Shown piece by piece: positions 60,580 through 64,000 of a DNA stretch of 64,000 nucleotides. The DNA lies in contig DASZFS010000504.1 of the NCBI GenBank assembly GCA_035939575.1, forward strand, positions 302-64,301. The letters run 5' to 3'. This DNA is from Vicinamibacterales bacterium (GTDB taxonomy: Bacteria > Acidobacteriota > Vicinamibacteria > Vicinamibacterales > CAVVIG01). Within the stretch, counting starts at the first letter, position 1; the number at the start of each line of letters is the position of its first letter. The notes below the pieces were generated by a model. The model was given only the letters and a program-made list of their open reading frames with translations, ran no database searches and was not told where the DNA came from. The position numbers and the translations under genes were made by a program.

Positions 60580-62220
60580 CTACGATTGCAGCGCGAACGC
60601 GTACAGCGCGTCGCCCGCGCCGACGACAACGTACTGGCGGCCGTCGAGGAGGAACGTCTCAGGACCGTTGCTCGTGTTGGTCCCGAGACCAGCGTGCCAC
60701 AGCGGCTTTCCAGTCGCGGCGTCGTAGGCGACGAAGTTGCCGCCGCCGTCGCTGCCGAACAGCAGGCCACCAGCGGTGCTCAGCAATCCGACCGCCCCAC
60801 CCTGCGTGCCGCCCGGTCCCAGCGCGAACGGACGCGACCACCTCACCTTGCCGGTCTTGTAGTCGATCGCCTTCAGCGCATTGCCGAGGGTGCCGACGTT
60901 GCGCTCGGCCGCCGCCCAACCCTGCGGCCGGCCGTCCGTGTCGGTCAGGTACAGCACGCTGAAGGTCTGGCGCGTGCCGAAGTAGAAAAGGCCCGTGTCG
61001 GGGCTGAAGCTCGGCGGCGGCCAGTTGGTCGCGCCGCTCGTGTCCGGCGACACGAGCGTCCCCGCCACGCTCGCGTCCTTCGCAGGGTCGTGGGCCGGCT
61101 GCCCCTTGGCGTTGAGTCCCTTGGTCCAGTTCAACGAGTCGATGTGCTTCGACGTGAGGAGGTGCTCGCCGGTGACGCGATCGAGGAGGAAGAAGTGCCC
61201 GTTGCGGTTTGCCTGCGCGAGCATCTTGCGCGGCCGCCCGTTGAACTCACCGTCGATCAGCACCGGTGTCTGCGCGGCGTCCCAGTCGTGCGTGTCGTGC
61301 GGCGTGACCTGGTAGTACCAGGCCATCTTCCCGGTGTTCGGGTTGAGGGCGACGATCGTGCACGTGTAGAGGTTGTCTCCCGGCCGGCTGGCGCCCGCCA
61401 GGACGGGCTGCGGATTGCCAGTACCTAAGTAGTACAAGTCGAGCTCGGGATCGTACGTGCCCGGCAGCCACGGCATGCCGCCGCCGTGCGACATCGACTC
61501 CTCGTCGGGCCACGTCACCGCGCCCGCTTCGCCCGCCCGCGGCGTCGTGTTCCAGCGCCACACCAGGTTGCCGCCTTCCGGATCGCGTGCCTCGAGGTAC
61601 CCGGGGATGTCGAGCGCATCGCCCCCCACGCCGATGATCACCTGCCGGCCGATGATCATCGGGGCGTTGGTCGAGAAGTACTCGCGCTTCATGCTGGCGA
61701 TCTCGTGGTGCCAACGCTCCTTGCCTGTGGCCACGTCGAGCGAGACGAAGTAGTTGTCAGGCGTGAGGAAGTACAGCCAGTTGTCCAGGATCCCGACGCC
61801 GCGGTTGCCGATGTGATCGCCGCCCCGCGTTTTCCACGCGTAATGCCAGACATCGCGGCCGGTGCGGGCGTCAACGGCGTAGACGTGATCGGGCACCGAG
61901 AAATAGAGGGTGCCGTTGACCATCAGCGGCGTCGACTTGATCTGCGGCGGGCTGCCGGGCGGCGGCGTGTCTGGACCTTCGCCCCCGACGATCGCGCCGG
62001 TGCGCGACGTGTTGATGCGGTACACCCACGCCAGCGCGAGCCCCTTCACGTTGGCGGTGCTGATCTGCTTGAGCGTGCTGAACCGGCGGCCCGAGTAGTC
62101 GCCATGATAGGTCGGCCACGAGTCGGTTGCGATCTGCGCCGCGACCGTCACGGGCAGCATGGCCGCGGCGACCAGGCAGGGGAGCGCGAAGGCTCTCGGC
62201 GAGCGTATTGAGATCATCAT
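60580..62220 (-). CDS. PQQ-dehydrogenase-like eight-bladed beta-propeller protein (methanol/ethanol dehydrogenase family homologue), secreted
   Basis: Has a signal peptide and W-docking repeats (AVDARTGRDVW, SLDVATGKERW, AIDYKTGKVRW, AYDAATGKPLW). The GNRG segment is present but without the preceding Cys-Cys. Confidence 0.8.
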   Translation of the reverse strand: MMISIRSPRAFALPCLVAAAMLPVTVAAQIATDSWPTYHGDYSGRRFSTLKQISTANVKGLALAWVYRINTSRTGAIVGGEGPDTPPPGSPPQIKSTPLMVNGTLYFSVPDHVYAVDARTGRDVWHYAWKTRGGDHIGNRGVGILDNWLYFLTPDNYFVSLDVATGKERWHHEIASMKREYFSTNAPMIIGRQVIIGVGGDALDIPGYLEARDPEGGNLVWRWNTTPRAGEAGAVTWPDEESMSHGGGMPWLPGTYDPELDLYYLGTGNPQPVLAGASRPGDNLYTCTIVALNPNTGKMAWYYQVTPHDTHDWDAAQTPVLIDGEFNGRPRKMLAQANRNGHFFLLDRVTGEHLLTSKHIDSLNWTKGLNAKGQPAHDPAKDASVAGTLVSPDTSGATNWPPPSFSPDTGLFYFGTRQTFSVLYLTDTDGRPQGWAAAERNVGTLGNALKAIDYKTGKVRWSRPFALGPGGTQGGAVGLLSTAGGLLFGSDGGGNFVAYDAATGKPLWHAGLGTNTSNGPETFLLDGRQYVVVGAGDALYAFALQS

Positions 62221-63044
62221 TTGAGTCCCGCGAGATAGGCCGTCATGTTGTGCATGTCAGCATCGGTCCATTTCGTCAGGTGGTCGAGGTGTGCCTGCAG
62301 CGGATCGGTGACGATGACGGTCGGCGTGTCGCCGCTCCGGAGCCACGACCGCATGCGTCCCGCGCCGGCATCATAGAGGGTGACCTCGAAGTCGGTCAGG
62401 CGGACGAGCCCGCCGGAGACCGATTCGCCGGCCGGCGTCTTGACGGTCACCTTGATGCCGGTCGGGTCTTCATAGAGCGGCGCCGGTGGACCGCCCGGCG
62501 CCCGCTCGCGGCCCCGCGGCAGCAGCAGCCGGCCTTGCAGCGTGGCCGGCTCGTACTTCGCGCCGATGCCCTTGAGATCGCCGGCCGGCGAGTGGCAGGC
62601 GCGGCAGCCGCCAGCGCCGTTGAAGTACGCTTGTCCGGCAGCCGCATCGCCGACGACGATGTCGAGGATCTTGTACAGGCGGCGGTTGGCGTTCAGGTAA
62701 ATCGACGAGTGCAGGAACGCGGCGATGTCGGACACCTGCGCGCGAGGCAGGTCGAACTTGGGCATGCCCTTGTCGGGGCGGCCCGCGGCGAGGAACTCGC
62801 CGAGCTGCCTGCCGTCCTCGTCGTTCTGGACGAGCGTCGACCGTGTGAGATCCGGCCCGCCTGATCCGCCACGTGCGTTGGCGCCATGACAGAAGCCGCA
62901 TTGGTCGACCAGCAGTTTCTGGCCGCGCTCGACAGCCGCGGTGTCGGCGACCGGCGTCAGCGCCTGCTGCTGCGCGCCCGTCACGACAGCCGTCGCGACG
63001 ATCAACGCTGCGCACGCGGAGCTCGCGCTCACCATCGTGTTCAT
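62217..63044 (-). CDS. Dihaem c-type cytochrome
   Basis: Signal peptide MNTMVSASSACAALIVATAVVTGAQ and two CxxCH motifs (CGFCH, CRACH). Its stop forms an ATGA overlap with the PQQ-like gene start. Confidence 0.8.
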   Translation of the reverse strand: MNTMVSASSACAALIVATAVVTGAQQQALTPVADTAAVERGQKLLVDQCGFCHGANARGGSGGPDLTRSTLVQNDEDGRQLGEFLAAGRPDKGMPKFDLPRAQVSDIAAFLHSSIYLNANRRLYKILDIVVGDAAAGQAYFNGAGGCRACHSPAGDLKGIGAKYEPATLQGRLLLPRGRERAPGGPPAPLYEDPTGIKVTVKTPAGESVSGGLVRLTDFEVTLYDAGAGRMRSWLRSGDTPTVIVTDPLQAHLDHLTKWTDADMHNMTAYLAGLK

Positions 63045-63090
63045 GCCGCACACCTTACCCCAAACGGGCAGTTGTCGTACCCTGTGCGCC

Positions 63091-63990
63091 ATGAAGACCA
63101 CACGACGGGCGCTGTTCGTACGGACCGTTGGCGCCGCCTTCGCGACCTGGCCACTTCGGCGACCCGGGATCGCGTTCGCGGCTTCCCCGCTTCGACGACC
63201 GGTGACGCTGCCGCAGGAGCGCGTCGTCAAGAACGGCCGGCTCAAGCAGTCGGTGTCGCGCTGGCCGTACAATGCGATTCCGCTGCCCGACTTCTGCAAG
63301 GCGATCGCCCGCATGGGGCTGACGGCCATCGATCTGCTGGAGGAGCCGGACTGGGCCGTGGCGCGCGACCACGGGCTCACCACGTCGATGGGCTACGCCG
63401 GCGGTGGCTCGATCCGCGACGGCCTGAACGTGACGGCGAACCACGACGGGATCGTCCGGAACTTCGAGCGGGCGATTCCGCGCGCGGCGGCGATGCAGGT
63501 GCCGAACGTGATTACCTTCTTCGGCAACCGCCGCGGCATGAGCGACGACATCGCCATCGCCAACTGCGTGACGGGCCTGAACCGCGTGAAGAAGATCGCG
63601 GAAGATCACGGCGTGACCATCTGCGTCGAGCTGCTCAACAGCAAGGTCAACCACCCCGACTATCACGGCGATCACACCGCGTTCGGGGTGGCTGTGGTGA
63701 AGGCGGTCGGGTCGCCGCGCGTGAAGCTGCTGTACGACATCTACCACATGCAGATCATGGAAGGCGACTTGATCAGCACGATTCGCAATCAGCGCGAGTT
63801 CATCGCGCACTATCACACCGGAGGCGTCCCCGGGCGCCACGAGCTCGACGGGACGCAGGAGGTCAACTGGCCCGCCGTCTGCCGCGCCATCGCCGACACC
63901 GGCTTCCAGGGATATGTGGCGCATGAGTTCGTCCCGACGCGCGATCCGCTGACGTCGCTCGCCGAAGCCGTCGCGCTCTGCGATGTGTAG
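63091..63990 (+). CDS. Hydroxypyruvate-isomerase-like TIM-barrel protein (Hyi family), Tat-like signal
   Basis: Starts MKTTRRALFVRTVGAAFA, with ...NVITFFGNRRG..., ICVELLNSKVNHPDY, LLYDIYHMQIMEGD and YHTGGVPGRHE. Confidence 0.8.
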   Translation: MKTTRRALFVRTVGAAFATWPLRRPGIAFAASPLRRPVTLPQERVVKNGRLKQSVSRWPYNAIPLPDFCKAIARMGLTAIDLLEEPDWAVARDHGLTTSMGYAGGGSIRDGLNVTANHDGIVRNFERAIPRAAAMQVPNVITFFGNRRGMSDDIAIANCVTGLNRVKKIAEDHGVTICVELLNSKVNHPDYHGDHTAFGVAVVKAVGSPRVKLLYDIYHMQIMEGDLISTIRNQREFIAHYHTGGVPGRHELDGTQEVNWPAVCRAIADTGFQGYVAHEFVPTRDPLTSLAEAVALCDV

Positions 63991-64000
63991 GGAACTACTG

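Noticed and set aside
17959-63990. The carbohydrate island as a horizontally acquired mobile island or prophage.
   Set aside because: I saw no integrase, transposase, tRNA attachment site, phage genes or flanking direct repeats. Composition looks uniform with the rest of the window by eye.

Overview
This is a GC-rich, very gene-dense chromosomal segment with about 55 protein genes. I saw no rRNA, tRNA, CRISPR array, transposase, integrase or recognisable defence genes. The gene content points to Acidobacteriota (inference): a PadR regulator next to an ADOP-type duplicated orphan permease, a VWFA-related acidobacterial-domain protein, and a TonB-dependent receptor with a CarboxypepD_reg N-terminus.

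Left third of the window:
- A lipid-type methyltransferase fragment and a fused class-III aminotransferase/membrane protein.
- An imuA-imuB-dnaE2 mutagenesis cassette.
- VWA, FMN hydroxy-acid oxidase, a wHTH membrane regulator, CreD-like, YjbQ, cytochrome c, FKBP, an outer-membrane beta-barrel protein and MsrP.

From about 18 kb to the right edge there is a large carbohydrate and sugar-acid island:
- A ribose-type ABC importer, GalM, GH31 and GH127.
- Four Gfo/Idh/MocA oxidoreductases and five xylose-isomerase-like TIM-barrel proteins, plus Eda, ManD, a split UxaA, SDR, IolB/KduI, HpcH aldolase, an SMP-30 lactonase and a BNR_4-like propeller.
- An IclR-TonB-receptor operon and a PQQ-like dehydrogenase with a dihaem cytochrome c.
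- Many of these enzymes carry Sec, Tat or lipoprotein signals. I could not find any sugar kinase.

The signals the gene calls do not explain, in order of interest:
1. A roughly 120-bp palindromic REP/MITE-like element family present at seven intergenic loci.
2. An AT-rich array of 8-bp repeats (GGTTAT/ATAACC) filling the imuA/VWA divergent intergenic region.
3. Three genes whose homology extends upstream of any ATG/GTG/TTG codon. Two of them appear to use CTG next to an upstream stop codon.
4. A C6 homopolymer that abolishes the expected stop of the GH127 gene.
5. In-frame 9-bp tandem repeats in three genes.

I found no clear-cut new multi-gene system. The most plausible candidate for new biology is the periplasmic Gfo/Idh/MocA plus TIM-barrel oxidative sugar network. 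All product calls come from reading the translations by eye; no database search was run.
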